Below are positions 42,731 to 53,200 of a stretch of 55,339 bases of DNA, in pieces. Numbering within the stretch: the stretch's first letter is position 1; the number at the start of each line of letters is the position of its first letter. Both the position numbers and the translations under genes were made by a program. The DNA lies in NCBI GenBank assembly GCA_001790575.1, contig MGCV01000004.1, positions 1 to 55,339 of the forward strand. Direction: 5' to 3'. The notes beneath the pieces were generated by a model. That model saw nothing but the letters and a program-made list of their open reading frames with translations. It was not told where the DNA came from and did not search any database. This DNA comes from Candidatus Saccharibacteria bacterium RIFCSPHIGHO2_12_FULL_47_17 (GTDB taxonomy: Bacteria > Patescibacteriota > Saccharimonadia > Saccharimonadales > UBA10212).

Positions 42731-45296
42731 AAAAGTTGTGCGACTGTATCGGCAGTTTCAACCAGCCAAATACCAGCTCATTTTATCGATTGATCCTAAA
42801 GCTATGACTTTTACGGGTTCAGTGATTGTCGATGGAGTCAAAACCGGACCGCCGTCTAAACGTTTGGTTTTTCACCAAAAAAACCTAAAAATAAAAAATG
42901 CCAAAATCAGCCGACTAGATAAATCGGGCAAACGTGAGATTTCTCTTAGCCGCATTAACTTACATAAAAGCTATACGGAGGTTCGCTTGCATACAAATGA
43001 GGTCGTGTATCCTGGCCACTACCAGGTCGAGATGGCTTTTTCCGGCCGTATAACTGATGCCATGCACGGCATTTACCCCTGCTACTTTGACAAACGGCGC
43101 AAGATTCTGATTGCTACTCAGTTTGAAAGTCATCATGCCCGAGAAGCCTTCCCCTGCATTGATGAACCGGAAGCTAAAGCGGTCTTTGAATTGACGCTTG
43201 AAACACCAAAAGCGGCAGTTATCGGCAATACACCGGTCAGAAAACAGAGGACAGAAGACGGAAGACAGAAGACGGAATTTGAGGCGAGCCCGAAAATGAG
43301 TTCATATTTGCTAGCATTTGCTTTTGGTGAACTAAAGTATAAAGAGGCTAAGACCAAAAACGGCATTACAGTCCGTACCTATGCCACGCCAGGTAATCAC
43401 CAGTTGCTGGATTTTGCGCTTGATACTGCCACCCGTTGCGTAGATTTCTTTGAGGACTATTTTCAAACGTCTTACCCTCTAGCCAAACTTGATCTTGTTG
43501 GCCTGCCTGATTTTTCGTCCGGGGCCATGGAAAACTGGGGGTTGATTACCTTCCGAGAAAGTATTTTTTTAGTCGATCCTAAAACTACTGCCATTGAGAC
43601 TAAACAGACAGCCGCACTGGTAATTGCCCACGAAATTGCTCACCAATGGTTTGGCAATCTGGTGACAATGCGCTGGTGGGATGACCTTTGGCTCAATGAA
43701 AGCTTTGCCAATTTGATGGAATATATAGCCGTTGACGGCTTATTCCCCAAGTGGCGTATCTTCGAACATTTTGTCGGCGGCGAAATGGCGGCCGCGTTGC
43801 GACGTGATAGCTTGCCAAATGTCCAAGCTGTCAGAACCCAGGTAAGACATCCGGACGAGTTAGCTACTTTGTTTGACCCGGCCATTGTTTATGCCAAAGG
43901 CGGCTGTCTGTTATATATGACCCGCAATTTGATTGGTGATGAGTCTTTCCGGCGCGGGCTTAAGATCTATTTTCAAAAGCATCACTATGGCAGCACCGAA
44001 GCCAACAATCTATGGCAAGCTCTGAGCCAAACAGCCAAGATGGACATCAACAATTTTGTGGATAATTGGCTGAATCGTCCCGGTTTTCCGGTGGTTGAAA
44101 TCAATTATCAACCAGGAGCAAATAAGTTCTCGGCCACCCAACAAAGACTGGTGGCTAGTAAGCAGACCAAAGCCTCAGATACTATCTGGCAGATTCCGCT
44201 GGTTCCAGCCTCAGGCGAACGGCTAATCCTGAAAGACAAGCGGGCTGAATTTAAACTAAGCCAAAATCTAGCGCCACTAATTTTTAATGACGAAGCCCAA
44301 AGTTACTATCAGCCTTGGTATCGCAATCGGCAACATCTTGACTCCATCATCGAGGCTACTGGCGAACAGAGCTTGAGCATTGTCAACCGCTTGCAGTTGA
44401 TCAATGGCTATAGCCTAATGGAGAAGGCCTTGCTAGTCCAAAACTCTGATAACCTGCAGCTCCTGAGAGCATATAAGAATGAAGTTGAGGAGCCTGTTTG
44501 GAACGCCATGGCCGGTGTAATCGGCGACGCCAAAAGATTGGTTATCGGCCAAAAGCCACATGAGCAGCATCTTAATCAATTTACTGCCGCCTTAGTCGAA
44601 AAACTGATTAAGCAGCTGGGTTGGGACGGCCGCCGGACCGACAGTGTCCAGACTCAGCGGCTGCGTAATCTAGTTCTATCGCTGGGCGCCGCCGCCGAGA
44701 TGCCGACGGTTTTGGCCGAGGCTAAAAAACGCTTTGCTCGGTTCAAAAAACCGTCAGATTTAGCAGCCGATATTAGAGATGTGATTTATTATGTGGCAGC
44801 CCGTTTTGGCACGCCAACCGATTTCAATAAATTGCTAAAAACCTATAAAGAGTTGGAGAATGCTGATGAACGCAATGAGCTGGCTGTAGCCCTAACAGCC
44901 ACTCGTAACAATAGCCAGATCAGCACACTTGTTGCCATGTTAACTGGCGATGATGTCCGCCGCCAAGACACCGCTAATTGGTTTATCTGGTTGCTGCGTA
45001 GCCACTACGCTCGTGATGAGACATGGCATTGGTTAGTTAAAAACTGGGCTTGGATTGAAAAGAACTTTGCTTCCGATAAAAGTTACGATGATTTTGCTAA
45101 ATACTCGGCGGCTGTTTTTTCACGCCCTGAAGAGCTAGCCGAATATAAAAAATTCTTTACGCCCAAACTGCGTGAGCTAGCCCTGGAGCTAGCCATCAGA
45201 CTGGGAATTGAGGAAATTGACAGCCAAGTGGCCTGGCGCCAAAAGAATGAAACAACCACCAAAACATGGCTGGCCAATTGGGCTAAGGACCGTTAG
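42723..45296 (+). CDS. pepN: aminopeptidase N (M1 family)
   Basis: 857 aa with GAMENWG, HEIAHQWFGNLVT...WLNESFA (HExxH-x18-E) and an ERAP1-like C-terminal domain. Confidence 0.9.
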   Translation: MPKKVVRLYRQFQPAKYQLILSIDPKAMTFTGSVIVDGVKTGPPSKRLVFHQKNLKIKNAKISRLDKSGKREISLSRINLHKSYTEVRLHTNEVVYPGHYQVEMAFSGRITDAMHGIYPCYFDKRRKILIATQFESHHAREAFPCIDEPEAKAVFELTLETPKAAVIGNTPVRKQRTEDGRQKTEFEASPKMSSYLLAFAFGELKYKEAKTKNGITVRTYATPGNHQLLDFALDTATRCVDFFEDYFQTSYPLAKLDLVGLPDFSSGAMENWGLITFRESIFLVDPKTTAIETKQTAALVIAHEIAHQWFGNLVTMRWWDDLWLNESFANLMEYIAVDGLFPKWRIFEHFVGGEMAAALRRDSLPNVQAVRTQVRHPDELATLFDPAIVYAKGGCLLYMTRNLIGDESFRRGLKIYFQKHHYGSTEANNLWQALSQTAKMDINNFVDNWLNRPGFPVVEINYQPGANKFSATQQRLVASKQTKASDTIWQIPLVPASGERLILKDKRAEFKLSQNLAPLIFNDEAQSYYQPWYRNRQHLDSIIEATGEQSLSIVNRLQLINGYSLMEKALLVQNSDNLQLLRAYKNEVEEPVWNAMAGVIGDAKRLVIGQKPHEQHLNQFTAALVEKLIKQLGWDGRRTDSVQTQRLRNLVLSLGAAAEMPTVLAEAKKRFARFKKPSDLAADIRDVIYYVAARFGTPTDFNKLLKTYKELENADERNELAVALTATRNNSQISTLVAMLTGDDVRRQDTANWFIWLLRSHYARDETWHWLVKNWAWIEKNFASDKSYDDFAKYSAAVFSRPEELAEYKKFFTPKLRELALELAIRLGIEEIDSQVAWRQKNETTTKTWLANWAKDR

Positions 45297-45298
45297 CC

Positions 45299-45640
45299 TT
45301 AGTCAATTTCTACTAAACTAATGTTTTCAAAATTAGGCCCAGAAACCTCAGCGCCAATCGTTCGATAATCACCCTCATATTCATGCTGCTGGTTCCAAAT
45401 GCGGGCGGCAAATTTAATTTGGTTGTGTTTTTGGCTAGTAATATGGTCTAATCCACCGCCTTGATCGGCAGACTGTCGGTACTTTACTTCGATAAAATAA
45501 ATTACATCTTTTTTACGAGCAACAATGTCTAGCTCGCAGACTTTGGTTTTCCAATTTCGATCAAGAATTTTCAACCCATGTTTTTTCAGAAATTCGGCAA
45601 CGGTTGCTTCGGCTCTGGCCCCGCTGGTCACTCTGGCCAT
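45299..45640 (-). CDS. yraN: YraN family (UPF0102) endonuclease-like protein
   Basis: 113 aa with GARAEATVAEFL...G..IL.RNW....CELDIVA......IYFIEVKYR. Confidence 0.8.
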   Translation of the reverse strand: MARVTSGARAEATVAEFLKKHGLKILDRNWKTKVCELDIVARKKDVIYFIEVKYRQSADQGGGLDHITSQKHNQIKFAARIWNQQHEYEGDYRTIGAEVSGPNFENISLVEID

Positions 45641-46206
45641 AGCTGCATTTCGTGGAGACGATAAATCGGTTCAAAGAATTGACGATGAATTCGTTTGAGG
45701 GCACCAAACCGATCTAAGGCATGCAGATGTTCTGGCGTGGCGTAGCCAACGTGCGATTCAAAACCATAGCGAGGGTGACGGCTGCCTAGCTCAATCATAA
45801 AACGATCACGTAGGACCTTGGCGTAGATGGAAGCAGCCGACACAATCGGTACAAGTGCATCAGCGTCTATCAGACATTGAACTTTTCTGTACCTGCGGGA
45901 AAAGTAATTAATCGGCCCGTCCATAATAATTTCTTCGTAGTAGTTAACCTTTAAGGCCCGCAAAGCCCGTTTGAGACCAAGTTTTTGAGCGCCAGTTAGA
46001 CCCAGTCTGTCTATTTCAACTGGCCTGACCCAGCCTTCACCAAATTGGCAGCTTTGGCGCAGCAGATCGAATAACATCTCGCGTTTATGCCGTTTGAGCA
46101 GTTTGGAATCGGCGACGCCATCAGGAAAATCGGCAACTTGGCGGGCAGCCACCACCAAAAGCGGCCCTGCTAATGACCCTCTGCCCACCTCGTCAACGCC
46201 AATCAT
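45628..46206 (-). CDS. rnhB: ribonuclease HII
   Basis: 192 aa with IGVDEVGRGSLAGPL, DSK and SIYAK... motifs. Confidence 0.9.
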   Translation of the reverse strand: MIGVDEVGRGSLAGPLLVVAARQVADFPDGVADSKLLKRHKREMLFDLLRQSCQFGEGWVRPVEIDRLGLTGAQKLGLKRALRALKVNYYEEIIMDGPINYFSRRYRKVQCLIDADALVPIVSAASIYAKVLRDRFMIELGSRHPRYGFESHVGYATPEHLHALDRFGALKRIHRQFFEPIYRLHEMQLWPE

Positions 46207-46212
46207 ACAAAA

Positions 46213-46218
46213 ATAGTA
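46213..46218 (-). promoter_or_regulatory. -10 box (TACTAT), leaderless geometry for rnhB
   Basis: Minus strand reads GTGCTACTAT-ttttgt-ATG(46206). Confidence 0.4.
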
Positions 46219-46220
46219 GC

Positions 46221-46244
46221 ACAGGGTTATAGGGTTACAGGGTT
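46221..46244. repeat. three tandem 8-mers (ACAGGGTT ATAGGGTT ACAGGGTT)
   Basis: Direct reading. They sit where the rnhB -35 region would be. Confidence 0.6.
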
Positions 46245-46383
46245 GTAGAAATTGCTATTTTGATTCTTTGTTTGGTGTTCGGCTGGACCTTTGGCATCAG
46301 CCTTTTTCTTTAGGCTGCTCTTCGATTTTGCTTGCCCCATACCAAAACCTAAGTGGAGTAGTCTGCAATCAGATTACGGAACT

Positions 46384-46962
46384 TCAAGTTTTTGGTGTGG
46401 GGTCGGCTTCGTCTTTTAAGGATTCAAGTGACTCTTCGGTGGTAGAAGCTGGTTCGTGCTTGGACAGCAATTCTTCAACTTTAGCTTCACGTTTGGCTTC
46501 TTCTTCGGCTTTGGCCGCTTCGGCTTCTTCGTGGGCCTTAGCTTGCTGGGCTTTAATCTTGGCTTCTTCTGATTCGGCAGTTTCATCCTCGATCACATTG
46601 ACGGCTTCGCGGTCAAACTCCACGCCGCTCAAACGAGCCCCTTTACCGCGCAGACCACGCATGTAGCTTAGATAGTTACGGCGAACCTTGGAGCGCTTGA
46701 TGACTTCAACTTTGGTTACAGAAGGTGAATGAATAAGATATGTTTTCTCCACGCCAACACCACTAGCCACCCGTCGGACCGTAAAGCTAGCCGTTAAACT
46801 GCCGGCTCGCTTAGTCCGAATAACCATGCCCTCAAAAATCTGAACCCGGGTTTTACCGGCTTCCAGAACTTTTTGGTGAACGCGAACGCTGTCGCCGGAT
46901 TGAACATCAACCACGGCCTTCTTTTTGAACGATTGCTCCAAAGCCTGAATTTCACGACTCAT
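46384..46962 (-). CDS. rplS: 50S ribosomal protein L19 with a long C-terminal extension
   Basis: The L19 core runs from GDSVRVHQKV.EAGKTRVQIFEGMVI to SP...VEVIKR.KVRR. About 74 further residues are rich in A/E/K. Confidence 0.9.
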   Translation of the reverse strand: MSREIQALEQSFKKKAVVDVQSGDSVRVHQKVLEAGKTRVQIFEGMVIRTKRAGSLTASFTVRRVASGVGVEKTYLIHSPSVTKVEVIKRSKVRRNYLSYMRGLRGKGARLSGVEFDREAVNVIEDETAESEEAKIKAQQAKAHEEAEAAKAEEEAKREAKVEELLSKHEPASTTEESLESLKDEADPTPKT

Positions 46963-47004
46963 AAGATATAAATAGTAATCTAAAGCCGCAGCTAAGGCAA
47001 GCGA

Positions 47005-48603
47005 CTAGCCCACCACGCGGTAAACCTCTTCTAAGGTGGTTAGGCCGGCGAAGGCTTTCAGCAGGCCATCTTGGAGCATGGTGCGCATTCCTTCTTCGAC
47101 TGCTTTAGCTTCCAGGGCTTCGGTGGTAATTTGGTTGGGCGCCAGTTTCAGCATATCTCGCACCCCGGGTGTCATCAGCAGCTGCTCGCGCAGGGCTAAT
47201 TGTCCACTGTAGCCGAAGGGATTTTCCGGCGACTTGCCCGGTCTATACAGTGTTATTTGATTAATGTCAGGTCTTGGAATATCGGGCGGGAAACTATCTA
47301 TAACTGTTTTGAGTTGGGCTTTTAGAGCGTTATCTGGTTTATAGGGTTGCTTAGTATTGTCGTCCAACCGTCTGACCAAACGCTGAGCCATAATTAGGCG
47401 CATAGCCGAGGCAAACAGCGGATTAATACCAATCATATCGAGCATCCTTGTTAAGGCCGCGGCGGCGGAAGCACCGTGGAAAGTACTCAAAACTAAATGA
47501 CCTGTCAGTGCGCCTTGCAAAGCTGTTTTAGCAGTATCTTGGTCGCGAATCTCGCCAACCATTACTACGTCAGGGTCGAGCCGAAGAACAGCCCGGAGCT
47601 TTTCAGCAAAACTCTGGCCTTCAAGTTCACCGTGAACTGGAATCTGGACAACACCCGGCATGTTGTATTCCACCGGATCTTCCAAAGTGATAATTTTGCG
47701 CTCCGGCAGGTTTAAAGTATTAATTAGCGAATAAAGAGTCGTGGTTTTACCCGAGCCAGTTGGTCCAACTACCAATACTAATCCGGTTGGGTGCTGGATA
47801 ATATCATTAACCACGACGGATTCCTGCTCACTCAAGCCCAAGTTCTGCAAGACGAAGAATTCCAATTTGAGATTAAACAGTCTCATCACAACGTCCATAC
47901 CATAAACAGTTGGTACGGTTTCGACTCTCAGGTTGAGTGTTACTTCGTCGCCTGTTGCCAGCTGGTAGACCCGGCTGATATGGCCAGTTTGGGACTCGGC
48001 CGCTTCGGTGGAAATATCCGCCGCACTAGCCAAAACTGATAACAAGTGGCGGTATTTTTCGTAGGCCAGATAGGCTACCGGGTGCAGGACACCGTCAACC
48101 CTAAAGCGAATTCTTACTTCGTCGCGCTGACATTCAAGGTGGATATCGCTGGCCTTCAAACGAAAAGCCTGCTGAACGATATAGGCCAACATGTCGTCCG
48201 GCCGGACTTTTTCTAAAGTGGCGCTGACTTCGGTAATGATGTCGCCGGCATCAACCGGACTTATGGAAATGTCCTGATATTCGACTTTTTTTGGCGGGTC
48301 GTAAAGCAACATATACTCACGGAAACCAGCTTCCGAGATAATGAAGAAAGCCGTCCGGTAATCTGAAAACCGCTCTGTTAATTGATTAATGGTCTGTTGA
48401 GCGCTCAAGGTGGTGATACCAAAGCGAATATGATGTTCGTCAACATACAGCGGAATAACCTTAAGCTCATACATTTCCTTAACGCTCAAGATGTCTTTAT
48501 ATAGCTGTTTAGTTAGCTGACGACTGTCGGCATAGTTTAGGCCCAGGACATGAGCCCGCTTCTGAGTCAGTTGCTCGTCTTTGGTACGCTGATCTACAGG
48601 CAT
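47005..48603 (-). CDS. pilB: type II/IV secretion ATPase (PilB/GspE family)
   Basis: 532 aa with Walker A GPTGSGKTTTLYS, the Asp box LEDPVE, Walker B VMVGEIRD and the His box. Confidence 0.85.
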   Translation of the reverse strand: MPVDQRTKDEQLTQKRAHVLGLNYADSRQLTKQLYKDILSVKEMYELKVIPLYVDEHHIRFGITTLSAQQTINQLTERFSDYRTAFFIISEAGFREYMLLYDPPKKVEYQDISISPVDAGDIITEVSATLEKVRPDDMLAYIVQQAFRLKASDIHLECQRDEVRIRFRVDGVLHPVAYLAYEKYRHLLSVLASAADISTEAAESQTGHISRVYQLATGDEVTLNLRVETVPTVYGMDVVMRLFNLKLEFFVLQNLGLSEQESVVVNDIIQHPTGLVLVVGPTGSGKTTTLYSLINTLNLPERKIITLEDPVEYNMPGVVQIPVHGELEGQSFAEKLRAVLRLDPDVVMVGEIRDQDTAKTALQGALTGHLVLSTFHGASAAAALTRMLDMIGINPLFASAMRLIMAQRLVRRLDDNTKQPYKPDNALKAQLKTVIDSFPPDIPRPDINQITLYRPGKSPENPFGYSGQLALREQLLMTPGVRDMLKLAPNQITTEALEAKAVEEGMRTMLQDGLLKAFAGLTTLEEVYRVVG

Positions 48604-48609
48604 AGACTT

Positions 48610-48615
48610 ATTATA
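48610..48615 (-). promoter_or_regulatory. -10 box (TATAAT), leaderless geometry for pilB
   Basis: Minus strand reads TGTTTATAAT-aagtct-ATG(48603). Confidence 0.4.
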
Positions 48616-48660
48616 AACATTAGCGTCATATTATTGGCATTTTTAAGGCTTAGCCTGCTG

Positions 48661-48666
48661 TACAAT
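48661..48666 (+). promoter_or_regulatory. -10 box (TACAAT), leaderless geometry for the TrmH-like gene
   Basis: CTGTACAAT-aggctg-GTG(48673). Confidence 0.35.
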
Positions 48667-48672
48667 AGGCTG

Positions 48673-49167
48673 GTGAAAAAACTGCGTCTGATTATTCATA
48701 ATGTCCGCTCAACTTATAATGTTGGCTCATTACTGCGAACTTCTGACGGACTGGGAGTTGAAAAAGTCTATATGACCGGCTACACGCCCTACCCGCAGGT
48801 TAAAAACGATCGCCGCTTACCGCACCTCCAGCAGTCAATTAGCCGCCGGATACACAAGACAGCCCTCGGGGCAGAAGATACAGTCGTTTGCGAACATCAA
48901 CCCGATATCAAAATCTTAATCTCTAAACTTCAAAAATCAGGCTTTCAGGTTGTCGCCCTCGAACAAACCGCCCAAGCTAAAAATATCATCGACTTCAAGT
49001 TAAATAATGATACCGCACTGATTGTCGGCGAAGAGATTAGTGGCCTAGAGCCAGAGATTGTGGCTATGACTGATTGGCAACTGGAAATTCCAATGCTCGG
49101 CCAAAAAGAATCTTTTAATGTAGCGGTGGCGGCTGCCATTGCCCTGTATCACCTGCGTTACAAATAG
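48673..49167 (+). CDS. SpoU/TrmH family RNA 2'-O-methyltransferase
   Basis: 164 aa from the in-frame GTG at 48673. Motifs: LIIHNVRSTYNVGSLLRTSDGLGV, LIVGEEISGL and ESFNVAVAAAIALY. The track start at 48550 would overlap pilB. Confidence 0.75.
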   Translation: MKKLRLIIHNVRSTYNVGSLLRTSDGLGVEKVYMTGYTPYPQVKNDRRLPHLQQSISRRIHKTALGAEDTVVCEHQPDIKILISKLQKSGFQVVALEQTAQAKNIIDFKLNNDTALIVGEEISGLEPEIVAMTDWQLEIPMLGQKESFNVAVAAAIALYHLRYK

Positions 49168-49271
49168 CAATCAACAATCAGCAATAAAAATAATAAACTG
49201 GATCTTTGATTTTTGCCTTTTGTAGATAAATGTTTTTTGTTTTTTGTTTATTGTTTATAATCATAAGCAAG

Positions 49272-50183
49272 ATGCCAGCTAAAATAAAGAGTTTTAACCG
49301 ATCCTATTCACACCATCATCCTTATCGACCAAAGGGTGTTTCGCAAAGAGCTTTTCATAAAGTTTATTGGCCCTATTTGCCACTACTTTTGATAATTGGC
49401 CTACTACTTAGCCTCGGCGGACGTAATTCTGCTCTTGAGCAGGCTATTAGCCATCCCAGCTCATCTGTGCTGTCTTATGCCGACAGTATGCAAACTGATG
49501 AACTACTTAATGATACAAATGACGAACGTAGCCGAACTAAATTACCAAATCTGGCACTCAATACCAAGTTAGCAGCTGCTGCTCAAGCTAAGGCCGAAGA
49601 TATGGTTAGCCGTAATTATTGGAGTCATGACACACCAGATGGCAGCCCGCCATGGGTCTTTGCCACCAATCAGTTATATTCTTATGACAAACTCGGCGAG
49701 AATCTAGCGGCTGGCTTTAGGAACGAAAGCTCCATCCTAGCTGGTTGGATGGCCAGTTCCAGCCATCGCCAAAACATACTAGACCTTGCCTATAGCGAGG
49801 TCGGCTTCGGAGTAGCCCAAAGTCCGAACTATTCTGCAGCTGGCAGCGGTCCAATGACGGTGGTAGTTGCATTCTATGGCGATCCTTCAACTTCAACCGC
49901 TCCAACAATTGGCTTGGTCAAAGGCGCCCAGAGTCCTTCAAAGACAACGGTTGCCAACCTAGCCTTAGCCTCACTACCATTTGCCACTATTGCTACTAAT
50001 CTAGCGGTTTTAATTCTACTGGGAGCCATCGCTGCCTGGCTGTGGCGCCACGTCCGCTCGTTTAGGCGAGCTGTTAAAAAAGGCGAGAATTTTGTTTTTT
50101 CGCATCCGCTATTTGATATTGGACTTTTGATAATCGCTACCGTTGGGTATCTTTTGACTCAAACCGCTGGACTAATACACTAA
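49272..50183 (+). CDS. CAP/SCP (YkwD-like) domain membrane protein
   Basis: 303 aa from the ATG at 49272. It has an N-terminal TM helix, a CAP core (YWSHDTPDG...GENLA...GWM.S..HR.NIL...Y.EVGFGV) and two C-terminal TM helices. Confidence 0.7.
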   Translation: MPAKIKSFNRSYSHHHPYRPKGVSQRAFHKVYWPYLPLLLIIGLLLSLGGRNSALEQAISHPSSSVLSYADSMQTDELLNDTNDERSRTKLPNLALNTKLAAAAQAKAEDMVSRNYWSHDTPDGSPPWVFATNQLYSYDKLGENLAAGFRNESSILAGWMASSSHRQNILDLAYSEVGFGVAQSPNYSAAGSGPMTVVVAFYGDPSTSTAPTIGLVKGAQSPSKTTVANLALASLPFATIATNLAVLILLGAIAAWLWRHVRSFRRAVKKGENFVFSHPLFDIGLLIIATVGYLLTQTAGLIH

Positions 50184-50246
50184 GGCGCTTACGCTTAGCA
50201 CCAGGCGCGGAATGAATCCGTCGCTCGGGCTTCTCTTTTCTCTTTT

Positions 50247-53200
50247 TTATCTAACTACCACATTAGTGGGGCCAAAAATGGCAGCCAAATCTCTGAGGCT
50301 TTGCTCATTAACGGCGATGGCTTGGGGCAACCTGATAGCCTGTTTTTTGTCGCTGGGGCCGGTCACAATTATGACTTCAGTGTCGCCGCCATGAGCATCT
50401 AATTTGTCTTTTAAGGCTGTCAGGCGATTATGATCTTCACTATCCAAAACTCTTATGTAAAGTTTGACCTTTGCTTTGTCAGCTGCAGTTTGAGACGATT
50501 TGGCTGGCTTGCCAGTAGGTTTATAGTCTTGGACTACTTCTGGCGAAATTTCGACTATCTCTTCGGCGATCAGTTTAATGGCGCCAGAGCCAAGCCTGGA
50601 ACTACTATCCAAGCGACCTTTGACCAAAATTACTTGGTCAAGTCTGAGACTGACTGCCAGTTCTTTTAAGAGCTTAGGGAAAATTATCAATTCCACTTCA
50701 CCAGATGTATCGGCAATACGAACAAAAGCCATCTTTGAACCATTGCGAGTTACAATCTCGCGAAAGCCGTTAACTATACCGCCCAGCGTAACGGTTGAAC
50801 CCTCCATGCCCGACTCCAGATTGCCAATAGGCACACTTTTTTCAGCCAGATAAAGCTCAAAATCTTTCAACGGATGGCTGCTTAGGTAAATGCCCAGTAG
50901 TTCCCTTTCCCAGTTCAGTTGATCGCGAGGTTTTAGCTGAGGTGCATCGGCTTGCCAGCTGACAGACGGCGCCAAGCCTTCAGCCTCGCCGCCGCTGAAC
51001 AGATCAACTTGACCGCTGGCGGCATCGCGATGATATCGAGCCGATAGGGCCAAAATATTGTCAATGTTAAAAATCAAATAGCTACGGTCAGCAAAACTAT
51101 CTAAAGCACCGGCTTTGATCAAACTCTCCAAGGCTTTGCGGTTAACAATGTGCGGATCAACGCTGCGGCAAAAATCTTCAATTGAGTCAAAATGACCGCC
51201 TAAGGTCTGCCGAGCCCGCAATACCTCCTCCACTGCCCCATGACCAACATTCTTGATGGCATCAAGACCAAAGCGTATCTGCTGTTTGCCGGGGACAATA
51301 GCGAACTCATGAAAAGACTCATTAACATCGGGCGGCAAAACTTCGATGTCGTGGTGGCGACATTCGGTAATCTCAATCGCCAGACGGTCGGTATTGTCAT
51401 AATCGCTAGTCATTAAGGCTGCCATAAAAGCGGCTGGCCAATTGGCTTTAAGGTAAGCCGTTTGATAGGCAATGAGGCCATAGCAGGCCGAGTGCACTTT
51501 GTTGAAGCAGTAAGCCGCAAAATCCTCCAGCTGTTTCCAAAACTTTTCCATAATTCGCCGACCAGCACCTGATGTCTTAATAGCGCCTTCAATAAAATCG
51601 GCTTTTAATTTGGCCATGACTTCAGGGTTCTTTTTACCAATCGCCTTGCGCAGGGTGTCGGCCTGCCCACCGCTAAAGCCGCTGAGTTCTTTAGATATCT
51701 GCATAACTTGTTCTTGATAAACAATCACGCCGTAAGTATTCTCTAAAGCTTGGCGCATGACGGGGTGCAAATATTCAATCTTGCGCTGGCCATGCTTACG
51801 CGCGATAAAATCATCTATCCATTGCATTGGTCCAGGTCGATAAAGGGCGACCATGGCAATAATGTCTTCAAAGACTGTCGGTTTAAGTTGTTTGAGGTAG
51901 CGACGCATGCCATCGGACTCCAGCTGAAAAACGCCAGTTGTTTCGCCGGCCTGCAAAAGTTTATAAGTTTTTTTATCATCCAGCGGTATTTGGGTAATAT
52001 CAATATCCTGACCATAGACTTTTTTAACGATTCGCAATGTATTTTTAATAATTGTTAGGTTGGACAAACCCAAAAAATCGATCTTAAGTAGACCTAAATC
52101 TTCGACCGGATACATTGAATACTGGGTGGCAATGACTCCCTTTTGGGCCATTTCCAAAGGTACAAATTTAACAATGTTATCAGGCGCGATAACCACGCCG
52201 GCTGCATGGACACCGTGACTGCGAATCGTCCCCTCTAGCTTCATGGCCAGATCGAAAACCCGAGCCGCTTGAGGGTTTGAAGCATACTCGGCCGTCAGTT
52301 CCGGAACTTTCTGCAGATGCTGGCTCAAAGGCGTATGCCGGCCTTGAATGGGCGGTGGTATCATTTTGGCCAGTCGATCGGCTTCGGCATATGGTACTTG
52401 CAAGACCCGGGCTACATCCCGAACCGAGTTGCGGGCAGCCATCCGTCCAAAGGTCACAATATTAGCAACCCGGTCTCGACCATACTTGTCAATACAGTAA
52501 TCAATGACTTCGTCACGACGGTTATCTTGGATATCAATGTCCATATCCGGCATGCTGATTCGGTCAGGATTCAAAAATCGCTCAAACAACAGATCATATT
52601 CTAGTGGGTCTATTTCAGTGATCCTAAGTGAGTAGGCCATGATCGAGCTGGCTGCACTGCCCCGACCGGGTCCAAAAACTATCTGACGGTCTTTGCCCCA
52701 ATTAATAAAGTCAGCCACAATCAAAAAATAGCCATTAAATTCCATCTTATTAACTACCCCTAGTTCAAACTCAGCTCGTTTAATAACCTCTCTTTTGAGT
52801 AATTTCTTGGCCTTCGCCACGGACAACTTGGAGGCCTTATCACGGCTAACACCGCCGTAGCGCCAGGCCAGACCTTGCCAAACCTGTTTTTCCAGCAGGC
52901 TTTTTTCAGTTTCGCCTTCCGGAGTTGGAAACTTGGGGATCAGAATCTCACCAAGCTTGATATCCAGATTGCAGCGGTCGGCAATCACTCGGCTGCTACT
53001 AATCAGCTCGGGATGCTTAGCTTGCCAGCGCCCAATTATTTCCTTGGGGTCAGTCACAAACAGCTCGAAATCGGCAAGCGAGAAGCGATCTTGATCGTCC
53101 AAGTAAGCGCCGGTCTGGATACATAGCAAAATTTCGTGGGCTTCTTGATCCTCGTTTGTTAGATAATGGGCGTCGCAGGTCACAACTGCTGGAATTTTTA

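Noticed and set aside
46268-46666. 132-aa plus-strand ORF.
   Set aside because: It is antisense to the Ala/Glu/Lys-rich tail of rplS. Its Ser/Ala-rich mirror translation is typical of a shadow ORF.
48550-48672. N-terminal extensions suggested by the ORF track: TrmH-like from 48550, PlsC-like from the TTG at 41954, CAP protein from 49230, DUF948-like from 54624, and the 243-aa ORF from the TTG at 37141.
   Set aside because: The extensions overlap neighbouring genes or promoters, add non-conserved residues, and in each case an internal start sits 6-12 nt downstream of a -10 box.
2221-52604. Numerous 60-170-aa ORFs antisense to, or out of frame within, tuf, fusA, rpoC, rpoB, tig, recG, the PBP gene, radA, clpC, nusA, pepN, pilB and dnaE. 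Examples: 2221..2535, 4521..5143, 9292..9810, 12484..12972, 37426..37893, 40486..40946, 51750..52058.
   Set aside because: Each lies entirely inside a long ORF whose translation is an unmistakable conserved protein. Their own translations are low-complexity (S/T/P/R-rich) and lack start-site signals.
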